Positions 55,165-64,000 of a stretch of 64,000 bases of DNA are shown piece by piece. The position numbers and the translations under genes are program-made. The notes under the pieces are model-generated. The model did not search any database, had not been told where the DNA came from, and saw only the letters and a program-made list of their open reading frames with translations. Position 1 is the first letter of the stretch; every line of letters starts with the position of its first letter. Origin of the DNA: Fibrobacteria bacterium (GTDB lineage: Bacteria; Fibrobacterota; Fibrobacteria; UBA11236; JADFYW01); assembly GCA_050294405.1 (NCBI GenBank), contig JBNKOC010000001.1:1-64000 (forward strand), given 5' to 3'.

Positions 55165-56142
55165 TTAGTTAGCTCTAAACAAAGCAGCCGAGGCAATATA
55201 ACCCAGGTACAAAATCAGAAACAAGGAACCGTGAAGCCTTCTTAATTTGCGGCCGCTTAGCAAGGTGAGGGCGAATAACAATATGGCCACAGCAATGTTT
55301 CCCCATACATCCATATTGCTTTGGGAATTATAGGGCATGGGGCGAATTACCGAACTCAAGCCTAATACCCAGAGTATGTTAAACATATTGGAGCCCAGCA
55401 CATTTCCCAAAATAAAATCGGCTTTGTTCTTGCGCGCGGCGGAAACGGAGGCGGCCAATTCCGGAAGGGATGTTCCGATGGCTACAATGGTAATGCCAAT
55501 TAGCCCCTCAGAAATACCCATTTTGGAAGCGATTGTTACGGCTCCGTCCACAACCCATTTTCCCCCCAGGAAAAGTCCCAGCACACCTAACAAAACCATA
55601 AACATGGATTTGGACATAGTCTGGGATTCGTTGGCCGGAAGCTCTTCTTCAAGGGCGGATTTGCGCCCCTTTAAAGTTATGGAAATTGTATAGGCCCAAA
55701 AAATGCCAAAGCTTGCCAGGAGCCAAAAGCCATCTGCACGGGTGAGAAAACGCTCTCCCGTAAAGCTGCCGGTAAAAATCAGCAGTGCCAGCAATAAAAT
55801 AACAGCGATGTGGAAGGTCATTTCAAAGCGAAAGGTATTTTTAGAAACCGCAATGGGAACCATAAAGGCTGAAACGCCTAAAATGAGCAGCACATTGGCC
55901 ATGTTACTTCCCAGAATGTTGCCCATGGCGATTTCGGAATTTCCGGAAAAGCTCGCCAGTATGTTTACAATAAGCTCAGGGGCTGACGTCCCAAAAGCGA
56001 CCACTGTAAGGCCCACCACAATTTCGGGAATTTTAAGACGATAACATATGGCGGCTGCGCCATCCACTAACCAATCGGCCCCTTTAACCAAAAGATAAAG
56101 GCCAAGCGGCAGCAGCAAAATGTTTAGCCAATCGGGAAACAT
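55165..56142 (-). CDS. Calcium/sodium antiporter (YrbG/CaCA family)
   Basis: Alpha repeats GTSAPE..GNILGSN and GTSLPE..GNVLGSN. Confidence 0.93.
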   Translation of the reverse strand: MFPDWLNILLLPLGLYLLVKGADWLVDGAAAICYRLKIPEIVVGLTVVAFGTSAPELIVNILASFSGNSEIAMGNILGSNMANVLLILGVSAFMVPIAVSKNTFRFEMTFHIAVILLLALLIFTGSFTGERFLTRADGFWLLASFGIFWAYTISITLKGRKSALEEELPANESQTMSKSMFMVLLGVLGLFLGGKWVVDGAVTIASKMGISEGLIGITIVAIGTSLPELAASVSAARKNKADFILGNVLGSNMFNILWVLGLSSVIRPMPYNSQSNMDVWGNIAVAILLFALTLLSGRKLRRLHGSLFLILYLGYIASAALFRAN

Positions 56143-56145
56143 TTT

Positions 56146-56721
56146 TTATTCGGCTTTTTGAAAATCTTTAAAAAGCTGGCTCGCCTGGGGGGCTTTTTGC
56201 TGGGAATATTTTCCGGTGTAATAGCGGATATCGCCCTTGGGGATTAAGAAATAAACTTGCCCGATACGTATATTGGGATAGATGCGAATGGGGTGGACCA
56301 CTGCTATTTCCAAAGTCCAGGTGGGATACTGGCATTCCCAGTTGTTTTCAGAATCTTGAAAATAGCCCCATCCTATATCGCCAAAACCCGCAGTGATGTG
56401 GGTGTTTATTCCCAAACGGCCAATGGAGCTTCGTCCTTCAAACAAGGGAACAAATTTTAAACTGGTCGCTGTTTCGTTTGTGCAGCCCAGGTAAAGAATA
56501 TTGGGTTCAAGCACAAGGCCCTCGGGGGGAATTTCAATTTTGCGGGTATTGTTATCGGCTTTCATATCCAAATGCCCCCGTTCCCCTAAATCGTAAACCA
56601 AAAGGCTGGAGTTCAAAGTAACATCATATGAATTAGGGCCTAAATGTTTTTCCACAAAAGGGTGGATAATAATATTTTCATTTTCTATTTCATTTTTAAT
56701 TTGAGGGCCAGTTAGTATCAT
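56146..56721 (-). CDS. dcd: dCTP deaminase
   Basis: MILTG, PNSYDVTL, EGRSSIGRLG, TAGFGDIG, TLEI, YTGKY; start refined to ATG at 56721. Confidence 0.88.
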   Translation of the reverse strand: MILTGPQIKNEIENENIIIHPFVEKHLGPNSYDVTLNSSLLVYDLGERGHLDMKADNNTRKIEIPPEGLVLEPNILYLGCTNETATSLKFVPLFEGRSSIGRLGINTHITAGFGDIGWGYFQDSENNWECQYPTWTLEIAVVHPIRIYPNIRIGQVYFLIPKGDIRYYTGKYSQQKAPQASQLFKDFQKAE

Positions 56722-56731
56722 AAATAAAACC

Positions 56732-58135
56732 TTGTTAGATGCTACCAAAGTTATAAAAAGCCCGGAATTCCGGCATCTTTGGTGTTTTATAAGGGGCTTG
56801 TTACTTTTTTTTGCCTGTCTGGGATATGTAGCCGCAAAACCTGTGGTGGGCCCATCACCACCTGCTAAAAATCCGCCTAGAGTTTATAAAATGATTTCTC
56901 TGGCCCCCGATAAAAACAGGGAACTTCGGGCTTTGCCCCTTTTTTTAGCTGTGCCGGATTCGCTTTGCTTTTTGGATTTTGAGAAATTTGTATGGAGTGA
57001 AGATAGCGCGGCTTTTGAAATGCTGGAGAAGGTTCCCCAATGGTGTGGGTATTCGGATTCCAGAGAAATGTCCATTAAATTTTTAGTGTTGTGCAGGTTC
57101 ATCTGGCAGGGAAAATACCGTGAGGCCAAAGAAGCTTTTGTGTATTTCAGGAGACAAAAACACGGTGAGTTTCTGGAATACTGTTTGGGGATTAATCAGG
57201 GACTTTTAAAATTTGCGCTGGGTGAGCCCGATATCGCCAGAAAAGAATTGGAAAAGGTATTGAAAAAATTCCCCTGGAAGGAAGCGGGATGGAAAAATTT
57301 GTTTTCCATAAATATCGCCCTGGAAGAATATGAAAAGGCAGATATCCTGGTGGAAGAAGTATTGGATACTTTGCCAAAATCTATTTGGGCGCAGCGCTAC
57401 AAAATAAACCTCATACAAATGTTAGGTACGGAAAATGATTTGGCCCAGTATTTAAGAGACAAATCCTCCTGGAAAGATTCCTTATTTGCCATACAAATAT
57501 CCTACGGAAAATTTCTCAAGGATAAGGGAGAAACGGAAATGGCCATCAAATATTACTCCCGGGGTTTGGAAGGAAATCCCGAAAATGGGGAGGGTTGGCT
57601 GGAATTGTCTGAACTTTTTTTCAATAAAGGAATGCAGGAGCTTTCCATCCAGTGTTTGGAAAACGCAATTCAGGCGGGGATAAACTCTTCCAAATACTTT
57701 GAAATATTAAGCGGCTTATTTCGGGAAAGAATATACGGGAGCTTTTTAATGTTGAGGCAAAAAAAAGAAGAAATGGAAAATTGCGTGCGCAGTTGGCGTC
57801 CCGGAGAATGTAGCTTGTATTATCAAAAATTGTTGGCCGATATTAAAAAGAATCATTTTGAAGGTTTGACCAAATTTGCCGAGCAGGCTTTTTTACAGGG
57901 ACGCTATTCCAGAAATTTAACTCAATGTTTGTATTATATGTATGGATTTCAGGGCAGGGTTAGCGCGGCCCGAAACTTAAAATCCCAATTCTATTTTCAT
58001 TTTGAAAGCCCCTTTCCCAATTACATTCCCTTTGGAATGGGCGAAGAAAGAAACAAATTGTGGAGATTGGAAATCCCCGGATCTTCGCTGATTAGGGCCT
58101 TTTCTTTGTATTACAATGATTTTCCTGAAATTTAA
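56732..58135 (+). CDS. TPR-containing hypothetical protein
   Basis: TPR-like AIKYYSRGLEGNPENGEGWLELS, ARKELEKVLKKFP; start uncertain. Confidence 0.7.
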   Translation: MLDATKVIKSPEFRHLWCFIRGLLLFFACLGYVAAKPVVGPSPPAKNPPRVYKMISLAPDKNRELRALPLFLAVPDSLCFLDFEKFVWSEDSAAFEMLEKVPQWCGYSDSREMSIKFLVLCRFIWQGKYREAKEAFVYFRRQKHGEFLEYCLGINQGLLKFALGEPDIARKELEKVLKKFPWKEAGWKNLFSINIALEEYEKADILVEEVLDTLPKSIWAQRYKINLIQMLGTENDLAQYLRDKSSWKDSLFAIQISYGKFLKDKGETEMAIKYYSRGLEGNPENGEGWLELSELFFNKGMQELSIQCLENAIQAGINSSKYFEILSGLFRERIYGSFLMLRQKKEEMENCVRSWRPGECSLYYQKLLADIKKNHFEGLTKFAEQAFLQGRYSRNLTQCLYYMYGFQGRVSAARNLKSQFYFHFESPFPNYIPFGMGEERNKLWRLEIPGSSLIRAFSLYYNDFPEI

Positions 58136-58146
58136 GAGAGCTACCC

Positions 58147-58578
58147 TCAATTAGTTTCGCCGTAATAAGTGGCCACCAGATTTCTGCTGCCGCCATAATC
58201 CCGATGTTCGCAAAGGTAAATGCCCTGCCAGGTTCCCAAAGCAAGGCTACCCGAAGCGATGGGTAAAGTAATTTGATTTCCCAAAAGGGAAGATTTTAGG
58301 TGGGCGGGCATATCGTCGGGCCCTTCCATGGTATGGATGTAATGTGGCGCGTTTTCGGGAACCATAACATTAAAATGAGATTCAAAATCCACACGAACAT
58401 CGGGATCGGCATTTTCGTTAATGGTTAGCGAGGCCGAAGTGTGCTGGATAAAAAGGTGGAAAATGCCTTTTTTAATTTTTTTAAGATCAGTTGTATGCTC
58501 GAGCACTTCCCGCGTAACCAGATGAAAGCCCCGGCGTTTTGCACCCAGGGAAAAGCGGTTTTGAAACCAAACAGTCAT
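58147..58578 (-). CDS. yjbQ: YjbQ/UPF0047 family protein
   Basis: HTSASLTINENADPDV, HTMEGPDDMPAHLKS, LGTWQGIYLCEHR. Confidence 0.93.
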   Translation of the reverse strand: MTVWFQNRFSLGAKRRGFHLVTREVLEHTTDLKKIKKGIFHLFIQHTSASLTINENADPDVRVDFESHFNVMVPENAPHYIHTMEGPDDMPAHLKSSLLGNQITLPIASGSLALGTWQGIYLCEHRDYGGSRNLVATYYGETN

Positions 58579-58596
58579 GGAAACAAAACTAAAAAA

Positions 58597-59202
58597 TTAG
58601 TTGTAGGATTTGTTGTAAATCTGCGCTGCCCTGCGGATTTTTCCCCGGTTAAACAGCTCGGGAATAATGCTTCCCCCCACAAGCCCAAAGGTAAGGCCTG
58701 CTCCAAATAAAATATGGGAGTTACGGTATTCGCCAAAGAAATACTCTCTTTCCTGCAATCCCACAAAAGTCAGAGTGCCTGTGACCATGCTGCCTGCTAA
58801 CATGAGCACAGTGGCTGTTTTTCTAAGGTAATAAAAAGCCATAATCCTTTTAGCTTCCGAATTATCACTAATGGCTTTTTTAAAATCGCTTCCAAACCAA
58901 CCAATGGGCACCCTGTATAAACTTTCGGAGGGTTTAGAAAAAAAGGAGGGTTCCACTCCCTGATATTGGCTGGAATCATTGGAGGAACTGCCTGTGCGAA
59001 AATAAAGATAACTGGAAAACCTATCCAGCAAACCTAAGTTATAATGGAGTCTGATTTGAGGTTGGGAAGGACCCATAGATTGGATCTTTTCCAGAGAATC
59101 CAACTCGCTGGCGGTGGAAGGAATATTCATATTCCGGGCGTCTGTTCCGCTTTGAGCCCAGGTAAAACCTGTAAATAAAAACAATAAAAAAAAGCTTTTC
59201 AC
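58597..59202 (-). CDS. Exported/membrane hypothetical protein
   Basis: Signal peptide, two Gly-rich hydrophobic segments, C-terminal AAQIYN. Confidence 0.6.
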   Translation of the reverse strand: MKSFFLLFLFTGFTWAQSGTDARNMNIPSTASELDSLEKIQSMGPSQPQIRLHYNLGLLDRFSSYLYFRTGSSSNDSSQYQGVEPSFFSKPSESLYRVPIGWFGSDFKKAISDNSEAKRIMAFYYLRKTATVLMLAGSMVTGTLTFVGLQEREYFFGEYRNSHILFGAGLTFGLVGGSIIPELFNRGKIRRAAQIYNKSYN

Positions 59203-59228
59203 AGCTTTTATTATAAAATGCTTTTAGG

Positions 59229-60644
59229 CTAATTCCCCTCAAAAATATTGCTTTTCTCTCCCACCAGCCTGAAAAATTCTATCTGGCTTAAACAGGCTTT
59301 TAAAAAATCATCAATTCCCAGGCTTTCATTTTCAGAATGGGCATTGGTAAGCGGATCTTCAATGCCAATGAGTAGGGCGGGAATACCGCCCAGCATTTGG
59401 GTGATGGGGGCTACAAAAGGTATGGTTCCGCCGCAGCCTATAAAAACAGGCTTTTTCTGATAGCCTGTTTCCATGGCCTGTTTCATAATTCCAAATACAG
59501 GATGGTTGACCGGGGTTTTCCAGGCGTTGACTCCGGCCTCTTTTTCCACGGTTAATTCCAACCCCCAGGGGCAATGGGCCTTTAAATGTTGCTCAATCAA
59601 GCTCAAACATTTATCCGCATCCATGCCCGCCACGGTGCGAAGGCCAATTCTGGCCCAGGCAGAGTCCATAATAACATTGCCTGCAATTTTTTTTCCGCCG
59701 GATTCAATGGAGTTTATGGATAGGGAAGGGTATTTCCATATTTTCTCCAATAGTTCTCCGTCTTTTCCTATGAGTTCCAGGCTGTCCACCATTTTTATTT
59801 GACTGGCAAACTCTTTATTGGTCATGTTAAGAGAATGTATGTCATTGATTTCTTCTTCATTGGGGGGAATAACCTGTTCTAATATCCCGGGAACGGCTAT
59901 CTGCCCGTTGTCATCCGTCAAGCTGGAAAGCATTTTGGATAACCCCATAATGGGGTCGGGAATAGGACCGCCCCACATTCCCGAATGAAGGGGCGAAGAT
60001 AGGGCTCTTACACTTAGCTCCATAGTGGCAAGGCCCCGCAGAGAACTGGTAATACTGGGTATGCCTACATCGTAATTGCTGAGATCTGCAATCACCAGGC
60101 AATCCGCCTTAAGTTTGTCCGCATACTTGGCCAAAAATTTTTCCAGATGTTGAGAACCGGTTTCCTCCTCACCTTCAATTATGAGTTTAACGTTAACTGG
60201 CAATTTTCCTTCTGTTTTCAAAAAGGCTTCCAGTGAGGCTATGTGAATAATGATTCCCGCCTTATCATCGGCAGTTCCTCTTCCAAACAGGCGGCCATTT
60301 TTTTCTGTGGGCTCGAAGGGAGGAGTATTCCAAACCGCTTCTCGCAAAGGGGGCTGCACATCGTGGTGTGCGTACAATAAAATAGTGGGGGCCTTTTCGG
60401 CATGGAGCCAGTCCGCATAAACATAAGGGTGGGAATCTTCCACTTGCATTAATTCCACATTTTCAAGGCCAGCCCCATTAAGGGCTTTTGCCACAAATTC
60501 CGCACTGCGAACTACTTCTTTAGGCTCAAAGCCTTTAAAGCTCACACTGGGGATTTTAGCCAACTCCACCAATTGGTTTAGGTAGGATTTTTTATTGGTT
60601 TCAAAATATTCAATTGCTTTTTTATCTGTAATACTGGTATTCAT
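59229..60644 (-). CDS. M20-family metallo-dipeptidase
   Basis: YAHHDVQP, GRGTADDK, EGEEE, LHSG, GGTIP, AHSENE. Confidence 0.92.
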   Translation of the reverse strand: MNTSITDKKAIEYFETNKKSYLNQLVELAKIPSVSFKGFEPKEVVRSAEFVAKALNGAGLENVELMQVEDSHPYVYADWLHAEKAPTILLYAHHDVQPPLREAVWNTPPFEPTEKNGRLFGRGTADDKAGIIIHIASLEAFLKTEGKLPVNVKLIIEGEEETGSQHLEKFLAKYADKLKADCLVIADLSNYDVGIPSITSSLRGLATMELSVRALSSPLHSGMWGGPIPDPIMGLSKMLSSLTDDNGQIAVPGILEQVIPPNEEEINDIHSLNMTNKEFASQIKMVDSLELIGKDGELLEKIWKYPSLSINSIESGGKKIAGNVIMDSAWARIGLRTVAGMDADKCLSLIEQHLKAHCPWGLELTVEKEAGVNAWKTPVNHPVFGIMKQAMETGYQKKPVFIGCGGTIPFVAPITQMLGGIPALLIGIEDPLTNAHSENESLGIDDFLKACLSQIEFFRLVGEKSNIFEGN

Positions 60645-60662
60645 AAAAATTTATATAGCCTT

Positions 60663-62426
60663 CTATTGGTAATCCGCTTTCCATTGTTCATAAACATCAT
60701 TTAACAAGGGCTTTAAAAAATCGGCGCTAAAATCAAATTTAAGTCCAGCCTCCTGGAATAACTTTTTTAATCCCTGGCTGCCGCCTAACGCTAAAACTTC
60801 TTTATACTTTCTAAGGGCCTCTTTTTGGTTTTGTTCAAATTGACGCCCAAATTGCAGGGCTCCCAATTGGGCAATGCCGTATTCGATGTAATAAAAGGGA
60901 ACTTCAAAAATATGTATCTGCCTTTGCCAGGACACTTCCAGGTATTTTTCCAGGTTCGTCCAATCTGCTCCCGTGTTGTAACTTTGGTTGAGTTCTACCC
61001 AATATTTGGTTCTTTCTTCGGCAGCAGGGTTTTTACTGGTGTACAACCAATGTTGGTACTTATCCACAATGGCCACCCAGATTAAAAGACGAAGCACCTC
61101 TTCGTTTTCCTGGCAGCGAGCCCGTTTTATTTCATCCTGCGAATAAAATTCATCCAAATAGTGCAAACCAAACCTTTCCATGGACATGGAAGCCACCTCG
61201 CTGAATTCGGTGGGCGCAGATCGATTTTCGGCCAGGTCCAGGTGGCGGCAGCGAAATAAATGGAAGGCATGGCCCGATTCGTGTAACAAAGTCATAACAT
61301 CGGAATGAAGCCCCACTCCATTCATAAAAATAAAAGGCAGACGGCTTTCATCCAGAGAGCACTGGTAACCTCCCGGAGCTTTTCCCATACGGTTGTCCAA
61401 ATCCAAAAGCTGGTTTTTTTCCATGGTAAAAAAGTATTGGGCCAGTTCCTCATCCATGCGCTTAAAAATTTGGCCCACTTTCTTTTTCAATTCAAAACCG
61501 TCTGATACGGGCTTTAAGCTTTTGCGCCCGAAGGGGTCCGAGGATAAATCCCAGGGGCGAAGACTTTCCACTTTTAAGTCTTTTTTGCGTTGCTCCATAA
61601 TTTTTTTGTACAGAGGAACAGCTATTTCCAAAATAGCCTGGTGGTACTGCTCGCAGTCTAAAGGAGTGTAATCGAGCCTTTCGTAATGTTTAAAGGAATA
61701 CTCTTCAAAACTTTTGAGTTTTAAATTTTCCGCTATTTTATTACGATAATTGTATAATTTTTCAAATAATCCGTTTAACTTTTCTGAAACTTCAAACCTT
61801 TTCTCCTGAACAGCCCTCCAGGCTTTTTCCCGTATGTTTCTATCCGGGCTCTCCAGGTAGTTGGCCATTTGTACCAGAGTTTTCTTTTTGCCTTCCCATT
61901 CCACCATAAGAGAACCCTGGATAGATTGGTACTCCTGAGTAAGCAGCGAAATTTTAGTATGGATTTCAATATTCGCTTCGCAAAAAATTTCATTTTGAAT
62001 TTTTAAGGAGTGGAGCCACTTTTCATAAATTTTTGGTTCCAACTGCTGGGCTGCAGGGTGGCCCAAAATTATTTTTCTGGCTTTATCATTAAACATCTCC
62101 AATTCAGGCTGTATATTTTCCACAAAATTTTGATAGGCATTGGAAATTTCACTGTCGTTGGTATTACAGGTCATGTTTATGTATAAGCGGGAGCCTTCTT
62201 CCAGACACACATTACTAAGCTCAATATAATCCCTAAGCCAGTTTTCAAAGGCTTCTTTGGAATTTTGAGGGGGCTCGGACAGTTTTTCCAAATAAGGCTT
62301 TAAATCTTCCAGTTGCCATTTTTCCTTCAGATTTTGCAAAAATTTACGGGGAAACTCGCTGGATGGCAAAGGGGGCAGTTGCAGAGTATTGGTACTGTCT
62401 TTAGATTCTGGAGTTGTGGTATTCAT
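60663..62426 (-). CDS. M3B oligoendopeptidase F family peptidase
   Basis: KAPGGY, HESGHAFH, EVASMSME, HIFEVPFYYIEY. Confidence 0.93.
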   Translation of the reverse strand: MNTTTPESKDSTNTLQLPPLPSSEFPRKFLQNLKEKWQLEDLKPYLEKLSEPPQNSKEAFENWLRDYIELSNVCLEEGSRLYINMTCNTNDSEISNAYQNFVENIQPELEMFNDKARKIILGHPAAQQLEPKIYEKWLHSLKIQNEIFCEANIEIHTKISLLTQEYQSIQGSLMVEWEGKKKTLVQMANYLESPDRNIREKAWRAVQEKRFEVSEKLNGLFEKLYNYRNKIAENLKLKSFEEYSFKHYERLDYTPLDCEQYHQAILEIAVPLYKKIMEQRKKDLKVESLRPWDLSSDPFGRKSLKPVSDGFELKKKVGQIFKRMDEELAQYFFTMEKNQLLDLDNRMGKAPGGYQCSLDESRLPFIFMNGVGLHSDVMTLLHESGHAFHLFRCRHLDLAENRSAPTEFSEVASMSMERFGLHYLDEFYSQDEIKRARCQENEEVLRLLIWVAIVDKYQHWLYTSKNPAAEERTKYWVELNQSYNTGADWTNLEKYLEVSWQRQIHIFEVPFYYIEYGIAQLGALQFGRQFEQNQKEALRKYKEVLALGGSQGLKKLFQEAGLKFDFSADFLKPLLNDVYEQWKADYQ

Positions 62427-62495
62427 TTTATAAAAATTACGGCCTTTTGTTTGAGTTTTAAATAAGGTTTGATTTTATTAATATGTAAAAACTTT

Positions 62496-64000
62496 ATGTC
62501 ATTAGAAAATACAATTCAAAAAGAAATAATGAGACGTCGCACCTTTGCCGTGGTTTCCCATCCGGATGCCGGTAAAACTACCATCACTGAAAAGTTTTTG
62601 TGGTATGGAAAGGTTATTCGCGAGGCAGGTCATGTTAAAGCCAAGGCCAATAAAAAATTCGCCACTTCAGACTGGATGGAAATCGAACGGAAAAGGGGAA
62701 TTTCGGTCACTTCTTCCGTATTGTCCTTTCCCTACAAAGGCTGCCATATAAATTTGCTGGACACGCCTGGCCACGAAGATTTTTGCGAAGACACCTACCG
62801 GGCTTTAACTGCTGTGGATTCGGCTTTGGTGTTGATTGATTCGGCAAAGGGTGTGGAGGCTCAAACTATCAAGTTGATGGAAGCTTGCAAACTGCGAAAA
62901 TCTCCTGTTACGGTATTTATTAACAAAATGGATAGAGATGGCCGCGATGCCATTGAATTAATGGATGAGGTGGAGTCCATTTTGGGAGTTCAATGTGTGG
63001 CAAAAACCCTTCCCATTGGCAACGGAGAAATGTTTCAGGGAGTGTATAGCATGGAAGATAAAACCGTGCATTTTTACAACCCCGAATCCGGGGAAGATAG
63101 AATAGAACAGGTGGAGGGTATTGACGATCCCGAACTGGACAACTGGTTTGACAGCAAATATCTGGCGGAATTGCGAGAGCGCCACGAACTGGTTACAGGC
63201 GTAATGGATCCGTTTTCTATGGAGAGCTATTTGGCCGGTGAGCAGGCCCCGGTTTATTTTGGCTCGGCGCTAAACAACTTTGGCGTGCAACACATACTGG
63301 ACAGTATTGTTAACATAGCTCCGGCTCCCATCGCCCGCTCTACGGATGAGGGCGACATCGATCCTAAAGAAAACGAATTCTCGGGAATAGTATTTAAGAT
63401 CCAGGCTAACATGGATCCAAAACATCGGGATCGCATCGCTTATTTGCGGGTGTGTTCAGGAAAATGCTCCCGTGGTGATAAAATTTACCAATGCAGAACC
63501 GGACGTTTTTTAAAATTAGCCGCTCCCACCAGTTTTAAGGCCCAGGAAAAAGAAATTATCGAAGAGGCCTTTGCCGGGGATATCATAGGCATTCACGATC
63601 CAGGCTATTACAACATAGGGGATACCCTCACCTTTAAAGACAAAATTTCTTATTTGGGCATTCCCGATTTTCCAGCGGAGCATTTTGTTAAAGTAGTGTT
63701 ACGAGATCCTCTGGCCGGCAAAAAACTGCAAAAGGGGCTTGAACAACTTTCCGAAGAAGGCGCCACCCAGCTTTTTAAGCCCTTAAAATCGGCATCCCCC
63801 GTTTTAGGCGTAGTTGGGAAACTTCAATTTGATGTTATTAAATTTCGCCTGGAAAATGAATACAATGCCATATGCGATTTTGAACCTGTTGTTATAGACT
63901 CTGCCAGCTGGGTTTACGGCAAAAGAGAAGAAATTGAAAAACTTGCCAGGGAAAATGCATTTGAAATGGCTAAGGATAAAAAAGATCGCTATGTATACTT
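62496..64000 (+). CDS. prfC: Peptide chain release factor 3 (runs off right edge)
   Basis: Not in ORF track; translated by hand: MSLENTIQKEIMRRRTFAVVSHPDAGKTT..SDWMEIERKRGISV..LLDTPGHEDF..NKMD..FGSALNNFG..FKIQANMDPKHRDR. Confidence 0.96.
   Translation, partial: MSLENTIQKEIMRRRTFAVVSHPDAGKTTITEKFLWYGKVIREAGHVKAKANKKFATSDWMEIERKRGISVTSSVLSFPYKGCHINLLDTPGHEDFCEDTYRALTAVDSALVLIDSAKGVEAQTIKLMEACKLRKSPVTVFINKMDRDGRDAIELMDEVESILGVQCVAKTLPIGNGEMFQGVYSMEDKTVHFYNPESGEDRIEQVEGIDDPELDNWFDSKYLAELRERHELVTGVMDPFSMESYLAGEQAPVYFGSALNNFGVQHILDSIVNIAPAPIARSTDEGDIDPKENEFSGIVFKIQANMDPKHRDRIAYLRVCSGKCSRGDKIYQCRTGRFLKLAAPTSFKAQEKEIIEEAFAGDIIGIHDPGYYNIGDTLTFKDKISYLGIPDFPAEHFVKVVLRDPLAGKKLQKGLEQLSEEGATQLFKPLKSASPVLGVVGKLQFDVIKFRLENEYNAICDFEPVVIDSASWVYGKREEIEKLARENAFEMAKDKKDRYVY

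Noticed and set aside
62545..63436. Short ORFs in the last 1.5 kb
   Set aside because: Off-frame or antisense to prfC, which the track missed because it lacks a stop in the window

Overview
AT-rich, gene-dense chromosomal window from a diderm bacterium. A TIGR02147-type gene followed by a lipoprotein, and a DUF2341/LamG/Ig surface protein ending in an FlgD-Ig-like sorting domain, suggest Fibrobacterota or a relative (inference). The first 19 kb is a signalling island. It holds a minus-strand operon of TonB-dependent receptor, YfiR-family protein, membrane hybrid kinase (HAMP-GAF-NEEL coiled coil-HisKA-HATPase-3xREC), CheR and a REC-PAS protein; an arsR-acr3-arsC operon; a TIGR02147 locus; and a plus-strand operon of degenerate HD-GYP, REC-DHp, CheB-CheR-PAS kinase and single-domain REC. 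The middle has fetAB-like ABC genes, lapA, an orphan UPF0261 gene, a 1554-aa surface protein, a PP2C phosphatase and a ~12.7 kb co-directional envelope/sulfur run (cpoB, bamD, nadD, two-component system, propeller protein, pssA, cysM, rhodanese, osmC, DRTGG) divergent from lptF-lptG-diguanylate cyclase-SSS transporter-tadA. The right part has a histone-H1-like/SWIB fusion, an SRP RNA with a consensus sigma70 promoter and an unusually short apical stem, an unexplained structured intergenic element, def, rsmG, yccA-like, Ca/Na antiporter, dcd, yjbQ, two peptidases and a truncated prfC. No CRISPR, tRNA, rRNA, transposase or phage genes were seen. Best candidate for an undescribed system: a trans-envelope TBDR-YfiR input wired to a CheR-methylatable coiled-coil (MAC-type) hybrid kinase. 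All calls come from motif reading; no database searches were run.
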